The notes beneath the pieces were generated by a model, which ran no database searches, had not been told where the DNA came from, and saw only the letters and a program-made list of their open reading frames with translations. From sequence record PP496440.1: a DNA stretch of 64,000 nt; one strand, 5' to 3'. This document shows positions 1-7,343 of this stretch, piece after piece (positions within the stretch are counted from its first letter, which is position 1; each line of letters starts with the position of its first letter). The translations under genes were made by a program, and so were the position numbers.

Positions 1-1
1 T

Positions 2-259
2 GCAGACCAGTACCGCGCCATCCACATTGCCCGTAACTTCGCCCGTCTGGTGTTCGACACCGTAGCGGCACCTAGCGATGACCAGATAGTTTATCAGTAC
101 CGTTCGCGATGGAAAGCGGAAGATTCTTGGAGCGAATGGCATACCACGACGAAGTCTAGCTTCGACACTATCAAGATCACGTGGGGTCACATGGCTGACC
201 GTTACGAGTTCCGTCTCCTGCGCGTTATTCCTGAGGTGATCAATGCCGACTCCAACTGA
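2..259 (+). CDS. Hypothetical phage protein, 5' truncated by window edge
   Basis: Frame of ORF 50..259 is open back to position 2; overlaps next gene. Confidence 0.7.
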   Translation, partial: ADQYRAIHIARNFARLVFDTVAAPSDDQIVYQYRSRWKAEDSWSEWHTTTKSSFDTIKITWGHMADRYEFRLLRVIPEVINADSN

Positions 260-515
260 ACAGACACTACCCACGGTCGCATCACTGGACGATATATCAT
301 CTAGTGGCACCTACCGGGTGGACTACACCATCGTTATGCAGATGAATTTCACCCCTGATTTCATGTCCCGCGTCAAGTTCATACGGGACATCATGGACTC
401 GGAAACCAAGAAGCTGGTATCTCAGCAGGTGGGATTCGAAGACGGTAGCATCTTCACTCGTACCCACGGGGAAGATGGGGACTGGACGTATGGGCCGTGG
501 GTGAAGGAGGTGTAA
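243..515 (+). CDS. Small protein resembling a single pyocin-knob-type tail fibre module
   Basis: SLDDISSSGTYRV...SQQ...IFTRTHG...WTYGPWVKEV resembles the knob repeats of the fibre at 29207..33247. Confidence 0.5.
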   Translation: MPTPTEQTLPTVASLDDISSSGTYRVDYTIVMQMNFTPDFMSRVKFIRDIMDSETKKLVSQQVGFEDGSIFTRTHGEDGDWTYGPWVKEV

Positions 516-516
516 G

Positions 517-687
517 ATGTATCGTAGCGCAGTGAAGTATAAAGACCACGGCTATCTTGCTCCGGGTAGCCGTGCGTTCGAACTCTACCACGACAAGTCT
601 GACAAAGGCCACAAGTTGCTGGATCAGCACATGGCCGAGGTGGACGCCGCGTGGCGCAAACTGGAGGGACGCAAGAATGGAAAGTAA
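517..687 (+). CDS. Hypothetical 56 aa protein (not in ORF track)
   Basis: ATG at 517 after AAGGAGG (503-510 region), TAA 685-687; fills the gap exactly; MYRSAVKYKDHGYLAPGSRAFELY... Confidence 0.7.
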   Translation: MYRSAVKYKDHGYLAPGSRAFELYHDKSDKGHKLLDQHMAEVDAAWRKLEGRKNGK

Positions 688-1123
688 CAAGTTAAAGTCC
701 CTCCTTCTTACGCAGCTGGTTGTCGTGTTGCTCATCTCAGGCTACTATATGTTCAAGGTCGGCCAGCACCGAAGTGAAGAGGTGATGCGATATGCCTCTA
801 TGGTGGATACCAGTGCCGACTCTGCTCGCCATAAGTCGAACTACTCGTACAACACATCTGGTTACTTCCGCGACGAAGAGACCAACGCTTTCTTTCGCGA
901 CGACATCTCGGACAAGCTGTATCGGGAGTTCGAAGCGGGAGGCAACAAGCCGATCCGGGTGAGCTGGCACTACAGCATCGACAAGCGAGAGCAGACTAGC
1001 ATCGGCGTCTTCTACATGATGGGCGGCGTTATGTTAGAGGCCATTGCGATCATCATCCTGATCCATCTGACCATGGTGGCGTGGGCCAAGCACGTACGGG
1101 AGCGCAAACCTGATGTGGATTGA
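677..1123 (+). CDS. Hypothetical membrane protein (two hydrophobic segments)
   Basis: Start moved to ATG 677 (GGAGG upstream); LLLTQLVVVLLISGYYMF and GVMLEAIAIIILIHLTMVAW. Confidence 0.7.
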   Translation: MESNKLKSLLLTQLVVVLLISGYYMFKVGQHRSEEVMRYASMVDTSADSARHKSNYSYNTSGYFRDEETNAFFRDDISDKLYREFEAGGNKPIRVSWHYSIDKREQTSIGVFYMMGGVMLEAIAIIILIHLTMVAWAKHVRERKPDVD

Positions 1124-1496
1124 TTACGTCTGGGGTTACAAGCTGTTTGGTGGCCTGTACGAAACAGTGCGGGTCAAGTTCCAAAGCGAAGAGATGGACA
1201 AACTGGATAACGTCTTCCTCAGTGAAACGGATGCCCGTAAAGCAGTCGAGACGTTGAACTACAAACGCATTCAAGGTGCCGTTACCTACTTGCACGCTCT
1301 CAACAAACTCGACACCGAATCGGTGCAGGGTGAGCAGGCTGTGTACAACGTGATTGCAGGGTATGGCGAACCCGACGCGTGTATAGACGGTTACGAAGAT
1401 AGGTTGCTGCTCAGAACCAAGACGGCATGCCTGATTCGCTTTGACCGCCGCATCACCCAGAGCTCACGCAACATTCCCTTTCCGGAGATCCTATGA
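1113..1496 (+). CDS. Hypothetical protein
   Basis: 127 aa ORF overlapping both neighbours in operon style. Confidence 0.65.
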   Translation: MWIDYVWGYKLFGGLYETVRVKFQSEEMDKLDNVFLSETDARKAVETLNYKRIQGAVTYLHALNKLDTESVQGEQAVYNVIAGYGEPDACIDGYEDRLLLRTKTACLIRFDRRITQSSRNIPFPEIL

Positions 1497-2089
1497 ATTC
1501 TTACGAGATTAAAGAGGTACATGTGGGTGTCCATCGCAACAACCCAACCTTTAAGTTAATGCGGCGGATACCTAGTCATACGCATCGTGGACATATCATC
1601 TCGGACGAGCAGTTCCGGGTTAAGATGGACACCATTATGCTGCTTGACCTGGCCCATATGTCCGAAGCCGAAGTGAATGCAAAGGTGGAGGAAGACTGGA
1701 TCAAGCATCTAAACTTCAGTCTTCCTAACGGCGAAGGTGAATACCCGTGCCTGAAACTTACGGACGAGGAGATAGCTGCCCATCGTCGCGCTGATCCAGA
1801 ATCGCGACGAGTGATGAAGTATGCCAATGAAGAGAATGGCAACTACAGTAACCAGTGCGCGCACTGTAGCTCTATGTTCATCGGCTACAAGGGGTTCGGT
1901 TCCTGCCAGCTATGCAGCGACCTTTTAACTTTTCGCCGAGACCAGCATGAGTTTGAGTTCCACGCTAAAGAGAACCTGGGGCTGAGCACGAAGAAGCTGG
2001 CGTCTGGGGAATACCAATCATTCGGTGCTCAGATGGCGTGGGTTACCTGGCAGTACACTGGTGGCTACAACAGAGGTGGAAACAAATGA
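1493..2089 (+). CDS. Hypothetical protein with CxxC...CxxC zinc-binding motif
   Basis: QCAHCSSMFIGYKGFGSCQLCS; ATGA overlaps at both ends. Confidence 0.7.
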   Translation: MNSYEIKEVHVGVHRNNPTFKLMRRIPSHTHRGHIISDEQFRVKMDTIMLLDLAHMSEAEVNAKVEEDWIKHLNFSLPNGEGEYPCLKLTDEEIAAHRRADPESRRVMKYANEENGNYSNQCAHCSSMFIGYKGFGSCQLCSDLLTFRRDQHEFEFHAKENLGLSTKKLASGEYQSFGAQMAWVTWQYTGGYNRGGNK

Positions 2090-2535
2090 GCGACGATAAA
2101 GATCGAGTAGTTGAAGACCGTGACTATCAACAGCCGGTCAACGTCGGCACCGTAGTTACTGACCCGCCAGAAGTTGGCACGGTAGACGGGCGTAAGATCG
2201 TCGTTGTCGGGGCCGGTAGTGGAGGATCTGTGTTCGGGTGTAGCCGCAGTGAAAGAATAAGTCCGGCTCGGCGCAGCATAGGGCTGGCCGTTGCAGCAAT
2301 GGCTCTTGCTGGTTCCATGGCTATGCCGTCAAACCGTGAATTCGAGCCTTCCCGCCGACGTAAACCTGAACGCGTGGTACCTCGGGTGTTCCCCAAAGAG
2401 TGGTACATGGACGAGAGAGGTCACTACAAAAAGACCCCGGTAACCGAGGACGATCATGCTGCCGTCTCCGCTGCCGAAGCCAAGCGCCAACGGAAAGCCA
2501 AGAAGCTTGCCGCCACCCAATCGAAGGAGTCCTGA
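2086..2535 (+). CDS. Hypothetical protein with hydrophobic segment and basic C-terminus
   Basis: ATG 2086 overlaps upstream stop (ATGA); GAGGT upstream. Confidence 0.7.
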   Translation: MSDDKDRVVEDRDYQQPVNVGTVVTDPPEVGTVDGRKIVVVGAGSGGSVFGCSRSERISPARRSIGLAVAAMALAGSMAMPSNREFEPSRRRKPERVVPRVFPKEWYMDERGHYKKTPVTEDDHAAVSAAEAKRQRKAKKLAATQSKES

Positions 2536-2537
2536 TC

Positions 2538-2966
2538 ATGGCACCGCAAAAGAAAGCCAAGCCTGCACCCAAGAAGACAGTCCCCGGTCGAGACGATGGC
2601 AAGTTCGTCGCTCGGCTAGGCGCCCTCCGTGACCTGGTTGCCGCACGGGCCAAGGAACAAGGCGTCAGCATGAACACGTGGCTGGTCAGCGCAGTGGCTC
2701 AGGTCCTTGGCGTGGAAAAGGATGAAGATGGTAATCAGTTGCTCCTGCCTCATCTTGGACAGACCCAGCCTCCGTTAGTACCCGGCATGACGGTACGCAA
2801 CAAGAAGGCACCCTATCAGGTGTTCCAAATCAACACGTTCTCCATCAGCCGATCCGTTGAAGCCGCGAAGCAGGTGGATCAACGTCCGTTCATCAAGGTG
2901 TACGGTATCGATCTTAAAACTGGTAAGGGCGTCTCAGCGCAGTTGAACGACGTGCAGGTGGTGTGA
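2538..2966 (+). CDS. Ribbon-helix-helix (Arc/HicB-like) DNA-binding protein
   Basis: GKFVARL...LRDLVAARAKEQGVSMNTWLVSAV matches the RHH pattern; ATG 2538 with AAGGAG. Confidence 0.6.
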   Translation: MAPQKKAKPAPKKTVPGRDDGKFVARLGALRDLVAARAKEQGVSMNTWLVSAVAQVLGVEKDEDGNQLLLPHLGQTQPPLVPGMTVRNKKAPYQVFQINTFSISRSVEAAKQVDQRPFIKVYGIDLKTGKGVSAQLNDVQVV

Positions 2967-2967
2967 C

Positions 2968-3246
2968 ATGGGTACTAGGGCAGATGCATATCGCCAGCTC
3001 AATAAAGATATGACCAATACGTTGAACCGCCGCCAGCGTCTTGACCGAACCGTGGACATCCTGCTGCGAGCCCTTGGCGTGGACGACGATGCCGCCGACA
3101 AGATGTTGGACGAAGTACAGTCTTGTGACTTCCGGTCGATGGGGAAACTCCTGCAAGAGAAGTTCCCGGATAGCCCGGACATCGAGTGGTGTCTGAAGAC
3201 GCATCAAGGTTACGACACCGTTCAAGTTGAGAGGGATAAACCATGA
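2968..3246 (+). CDS. Hypothetical protein
   Basis: 92 aa ORF, tight packing. Confidence 0.7.
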   Translation: MGTRADAYRQLNKDMTNTLNRRQRLDRTVDILLRALGVDDDAADKMLDEVQSCDFRSMGKLLQEKFPDSPDIEWCLKTHQGYDTVQVERDKP

Positions 3247-3551
3247 AGGATCTTCAGGAACACTTCGCAGAGAACTTCGAACGTACTGACCTGACTGGCG
3301 CGATCCACTGGGCGCAGAAGTGGTACAAGGAAATGGAACAGGTGCTTCCGGGCGAGGATAAAGCCCAGTTCACCTGTCGAGTAATGGCTGGGCACATTTC
3401 CGACTACCTGGAAGGGTACACCGGAGTGGAGATAGAATCATATAATCAAGGCTCATGGCACGACAACGCTACCTACATGGACACGAAGTATGGTTCTACG
3501 GTCTACAGCTTTATGCTGGGTGGTGAGTACCCACCCGTTGAGAAGTCCTAA
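3243..3551 (+). CDS. Hypothetical protein
   Basis: 102 aa ORF, ATGA overlap. Confidence 0.7.
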   Translation: MKDLQEHFAENFERTDLTGAIHWAQKWYKEMEQVLPGEDKAQFTCRVMAGHISDYLEGYTGVEIESYNQGSWHDNATYMDTKYGSTVYSFMLGGEYPPVEKS

Positions 3552-3555
3552 TTAC
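3543..3555 (+). promoter_or_regulatory. Candidate phage promoter (CTAATTA class)
   Basis: AAGTCCTAATTAC is identical to the minus-strand 13-mer at 9858..9870; 35 nt upstream of the PL7 gene. Confidence 0.45.
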
Positions 3556-3589
3556 TGACTGATGATTCAACTCACTCAGGAAGATAGTT

Positions 3590-4270
3590 ATGACCATTTC
3601 GCTCTCGAAGTTCGTTGTCACCACGCCGATGACCGCCAAGGTAGTTAAGGGTAAGAACATTGCCCTTACGGTCAAGGGTGACGATGCCTGTTCCCGTTGT
3701 GCGGAGTTCATCTCGGCCACCCCCGACGGCGAACTAGACCTGTTCGCCCCGACCCATGGCGCGGCCACCGAGTCGGTACACAGAACCCGTACCGAACTGA
3801 TGGAAGCAGACTACTGGGCTTTGGATTCTGCCGCCCACCACTGGCTGCGTCTGGCGATGACCGTCAAGTGCGTCAACAAAGGCGGCCGTGTCGTGATCGG
3901 CCAGTGCCATGTGGAAGATAGCAACAACCCGCTGATCAAGATCTTTTGGGACAAGGAGTCCATCAAGATCGGTTTCCGTGAAAAAGAAACCGAAGAGCCA
4001 GTGACCACCACGGTGTGCCGTGGCGTAGAACTGGGACAGCGGTTCACTCTGGCACTGCACATCACCAAGGCGGGTAGCGTTTCCCTGACCGTATCCGTGG
4101 ACGGCAAGAAGTACAACTTCACGGAGAAGATGGATCCAACGTGGAAAGACTTCGAGTTCAACTTCCATGCCGGCCTGTACAACCAGCTGGACTACTCGGA
4201 CAAGGTCCCTACCACTGACTGCTCCCGTGCGACCATCCACACGCTGGACGTAGACCACGACGCAGCCTAA
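3590..4270 (+). CDS. Polysaccharide lyase family 7 (alginate lyase 2-like)
   Basis: RTELME (RxELRE), IGQCH (QIH), FHAGLYNQ (YFKAGxYxQ), C-terminal LDVDH; no signal peptide. Confidence 0.8.
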   Translation: MTISLSKFVVTTPMTAKVVKGKNIALTVKGDDACSRCAEFISATPDGELDLFAPTHGAATESVHRTRTELMEADYWALDSAAHHWLRLAMTVKCVNKGGRVVIGQCHVEDSNNPLIKIFWDKESIKIGFREKETEEPVTTTVCRGVELGQRFTLALHITKAGSVSLTVSVDGKKYNFTEKMDPTWKDFEFNFHAGLYNQLDYSDKVPTTDCSRATIHTLDVDHDAA

Positions 4271-4364
4271 GCCCCACCAGCCGCCGCAGGCTGAATGATC
4301 CACTAGTGACTTGGGCCATCGGTCCGGTTATCCGGTAGCGTTCAGCCTGCGAGCGTATACGCGC
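4271..4364 (+). ncRNA. Candidate structured RNA element, copy A (unrecognised family)
   Basis: 13-bp stem 4285-4297/4339-4351 flanked by motifs shared with 37000..37108. Confidence 0.4.
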
Positions 4365-4367
4365 CCA

Positions 4368-4417
4368 CAAAAAAGCCCCACCATCCGGTCAAGTGCCGAG
4401 TGAGTGGGGCTTTTTTG
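4368..4417. terminator. Bidirectional intrinsic terminator between convergent genes
   Basis: Perfect 14-bp inverted repeat CAAAAAAGCCCCAC/GTGGGGCTTTTTTG. Confidence 0.85.
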
Positions 4418-4419
4418 TC

Positions 4420-7266
4420 TTACATGGTTACCAGAGTTACAAACCGGTTGGACATTGCGCGAGCTGTCAGCAGAGTTGCCAGCAGTCCTGTGTCTGCCCG
4501 ATACTTCAATACCACCTTATACACTTTGCCCGGTGTCAGACCAGTTGCCACGTATTCCCAAGAGCAAGTAGCGGCAGTCGCCGAGTAGCAGCTTCTGTCG
4601 TCACTGGCCGCGAGCACAACCGTAGCACCTTCGGTCATTGTAAAACTGACCCGAGTACCTGCTGCACACTGAGCCCCGAAGGTCACCCGGATAATCCCGG
4701 ACAGCCCACACGTTATCTGCGCAGTCGGCCCTACCGTGGTCAGATCCACGAAGCCCACACTGAGAGTAGCCTCTGATGTGTTGAGCACAGCGTTGACCAG
4801 CGAGGTACTGTTCGGCGGAATGGCGTAGGTTCCATCTGCCTTGAGGAACTTGCCGGTGTCAGCAATCTTCGGAGCCGGAACCAGACCATGCTTGCCGTCG
4901 GTAGTTGCAGTAGATCCCACCATGTCGGCCAGCCCGGCCAGTACGTTCGCCATGAAGGTGGAACTGTCCTTGACCGACATCAGGCTACGTCCGTAGTCCG
5001 TGGTCAGGAATGCCTTCACCGAACTCGCCAGTGCATCCCCCATGAGCACAGCGTTCTCAGGAAGGGCCAACGCTGAGATGTTGCTAAGGACGGTAGCCTT
5101 GGCTTGATACCCCGACAAATCTGGGGGCGCTACGACGGGTTGCCCACCTTCCAGCTCCACCGTGGTTACCTTGATGGCGTTGTCCGGCAGTGTAGGTTCC
5201 GTTACCAGCCCATTGGTTTCCGTACCTTTGCGCAGCTTGAACGTACCCGTCGTGTCCGCGTAGATCAAATCAATCCGTTGCTGACTGGTACCTGCTGCGG
5301 CAATCGTGAACGTCACCGAGGTACCGTTGATGGTGTAGGTGTTCCCTTTTATTCGCCATTGAATCTGGGTGCCGCTGCGCAGCGTCAGGGTCACGTTCAA
5401 TCCCGTCTGTGTGACTTCCAGCGGAGTCAGCAATCCATCTGCCAGCCCGGCTTTCAACGCCAATGCCTGCGTGATGGTGTCCAGCGCTTGCTGCACCGTC
5501 TTGGGAATCGGCTTGTCAGCATCTGCCGTGTTGTCCACGTGGTCCAATCCGATGTTCGCACGCACCTGAGCTTTCTGGGCGTCAGCCAAGGTCTGAGCAT
5601 TATACCGAACCAGCTCGGTGATTCCCAGATTGGTACGTACCTGTGCACGCTGCTCCGCAGTGAACACCTGATCGGCATCATACCGGAGGAAGTACCCGGT
5701 CAGCAGATCACGCAGCGACGGGCTGTCACCTAACCCCAGCATCTTCAGTCCGAAATCACTGTAAGGTATGTTGACGTTGCTGCCGTCCAGCTTGAAGCCT
5801 AAGAGCGTGGCGGGCGTGGTTCCCATCTTGGCGAGCGCATCCAGCACGTTACTCTTGGCTTGGAACCCCGACAGGTCCGGGGGCGTAACCATCGGTTGTG
5901 CACCTTCCACAAAAACCGAGGTGATACGAATGGTGCTATCCGGCAAGGCAGGTTCAACGGCAGTGACATTGGATTCCACGCCTTTGAGGACGTGCACAGT
6001 GCCGGTCGTATCCCCGTACAGGAGGTCGTATCGCTGCATGCCAACGCCCGACGCGTCCAAGACAAAGGATACTGAAGGTGTAGGGGACGTGTAGGTAACT
6101 CCGTCGATCCGCCATTGCAGGTTGCTGCCGTTGTCACTCGCCAAGCCAATAAGCAGCCCATTGCTGCTGGTAGATATCGGAGTCAGTAATCCATCCTGAA
6201 GGTCAGCCTTTCCGTCCAGCAAGGAGAGGATGTTGGACAACTGATGCAGGACCGAGGTGGGGATCGGCTTGTCGATGTCCGCTGTGTTATCTACCTTGTC
6301 CAAATGCAAGTCAGCTAGGGTTACAGCACCTGTGAGTCCGTTGATCGATGCGACGACCAGACTATCCTTGAGCCGATCCCATGCTTCCCCGTTGGAGATG
6401 ATCCAATCCCCGATCTGCCAATCCTTGTTTCCGTCGATGTTGGTCGTGCCTGCTACCTTGACGATGTAGTACAGTCCCTTGTTCGCCGTGCTCGCCGCTG
6501 GCATGGCTGGCAAGTTCTTATCCGCATCCCACGTCCCCGCGTACCGCAGGCTACCGAGGATGGATTCCGGAAGATAGGATAGGTCGATCTTACGATTGCT
6601 ATCCAGTGGCACCAGCCCACCTGACTGACCCAGCAGAAGAGCGTCCAACTTGGCGTCCAAAGCCATCTGTTGCGGTAGAGATACAGGCTTCTGAGAATCG
6701 GGGATATTGCTTACGTGTTCCAGGCCCACGGCGGCGGGGGTCAGCACATCTAGCAGACGGTCGCCCCGAATGTACTGCCGGAAGGTACCCAACGGGATCA
6801 GGGAGCTGATATCTGGTGCTGTCACCTTACCCAAGTCCGCGAGGGTTCCGTCGGTGTACATCACCATCAGGTTACCCGCAGCATTGATCATCGATGTGGA
6901 GATACCCCGTCCGGCAGACCCTTTGACCGTGCCCGCATATTCCTGATCCCCGTTGGCATAGGTGATCAACAAGCGACCGTCAGCTGTCACTTGCGTTTTC
7001 TGCACCACCTTACCCGTGGTATCACTACCGGCATCCGAGGTGAGTTGATCCTGTGCTGTCAGGAAGGCCTCGTAGCTGGTCATCAAAGACGGACGTGAGC
7101 AGATCAACAGATTATGGTTGACCAACTTGGCGAGTTCTTTCCAGTTCTTGTCAACAACTGCTAAAGACACGTAGTACCACTCGTCTACGCGCATGCGTTT
7201 TCCATTGACCTGTACGTCTTGCTTCACATTCGGAAATTTCCGGAAGCCTACTAATACGTTATCCAT
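4420..7266 (-). CDS. Large virion fibre/decoration-like structural protein with internal repeats
   Basis: LDxVDNTADxDKP repeats, duplicated ~130 aa module, N-terminus similar to that of 7344..9740; ATG 7266 with AGGTG. Confidence 0.6.
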   Translation of the reverse strand: MDNVLVGFRKFPNVKQDVQVNGKRMRVDEWYYVSLAVVDKNWKELAKLVNHNLLICSRPSLMTSYEAFLTAQDQLTSDAGSDTTGKVVQKTQVTADGRLLITYANGDQEYAGTVKGSAGRGISTSMINAAGNLMVMYTDGTLADLGKVTAPDISSLIPLGTFRQYIRGDRLLDVLTPAAVGLEHVSNIPDSQKPVSLPQQMALDAKLDALLLGQSGGLVPLDSNRKIDLSYLPESILGSLRYAGTWDADKNLPAMPAASTANKGLYYIVKVAGTTNIDGNKDWQIGDWIISNGEAWDRLKDSLVVASINGLTGAVTLADLHLDKVDNTADIDKPIPTSVLHQLSNILSLLDGKADLQDGLLTPISTSSNGLLIGLASDNGSNLQWRIDGVTYTSPTPSVSFVLDASGVGMQRYDLLYGDTTGTVHVLKGVESNVTAVEPALPDSTIRITSVFVEGAQPMVTPPDLSGFQAKSNVLDALAKMGTTPATLLGFKLDGSNVNIPYSDFGLKMLGLGDSPSLRDLLTGYFLRYDADQVFTAEQRAQVRTNLGITELVRYNAQTLADAQKAQVRANIGLDHVDNTADADKPIPKTVQQALDTITQALALKAGLADGLLTPLEVTQTGLNVTLTLRSGTQIQWRIKGNTYTINGTSVTFTIAAAGTSQQRIDLIYADTTGTFKLRKGTETNGLVTEPTLPDNAIKVTTVELEGGQPVVAPPDLSGYQAKATVLSNISALALPENAVLMGDALASSVKAFLTTDYGRSLMSVKDSSTFMANVLAGLADMVGSTATTDGKHGLVPAPKIADTGKFLKADGTYAIPPNSTSLVNAVLNTSEATLSVGFVDLTTVGPTAQITCGLSGIIRVTFGAQCAAGTRVSFTMTEGATVVLAASDDRSCYSATAATCSWEYVATGLTPGKVYKVVLKYRADTGLLATLLTARAMSNRFVTLVTM

Positions 7267-7294
7267 TATACGCACCTATAACCGGATTGAAGAT

Positions 7295-7327
7295 AAAAAA
7301 CGGGGAACCAGTTTAAGGGTTCCCCGT
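7295..7327 (-). terminator. Intrinsic terminator
   Basis: ACGGGGAACC/GGTTCCCCGT stem followed by a U-tract on the minus strand. Confidence 0.8.
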
Positions 7328-7343
7328 GGGACTCAGATTAAGG

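Noticed and set aside
3557-3590. CTGATGA hammerhead core-like sequence in the PL7 leader
   Set aside because: No stem II followed by GAAA and no stems I/III
4271-4364. Fit of the repeated element to HDV-like/theta, twister, pistol ribozymes or tRNA
   Set aside because: Required pseudoknot pairings and catalytic motifs are not shared by both copies; no cloverleaf
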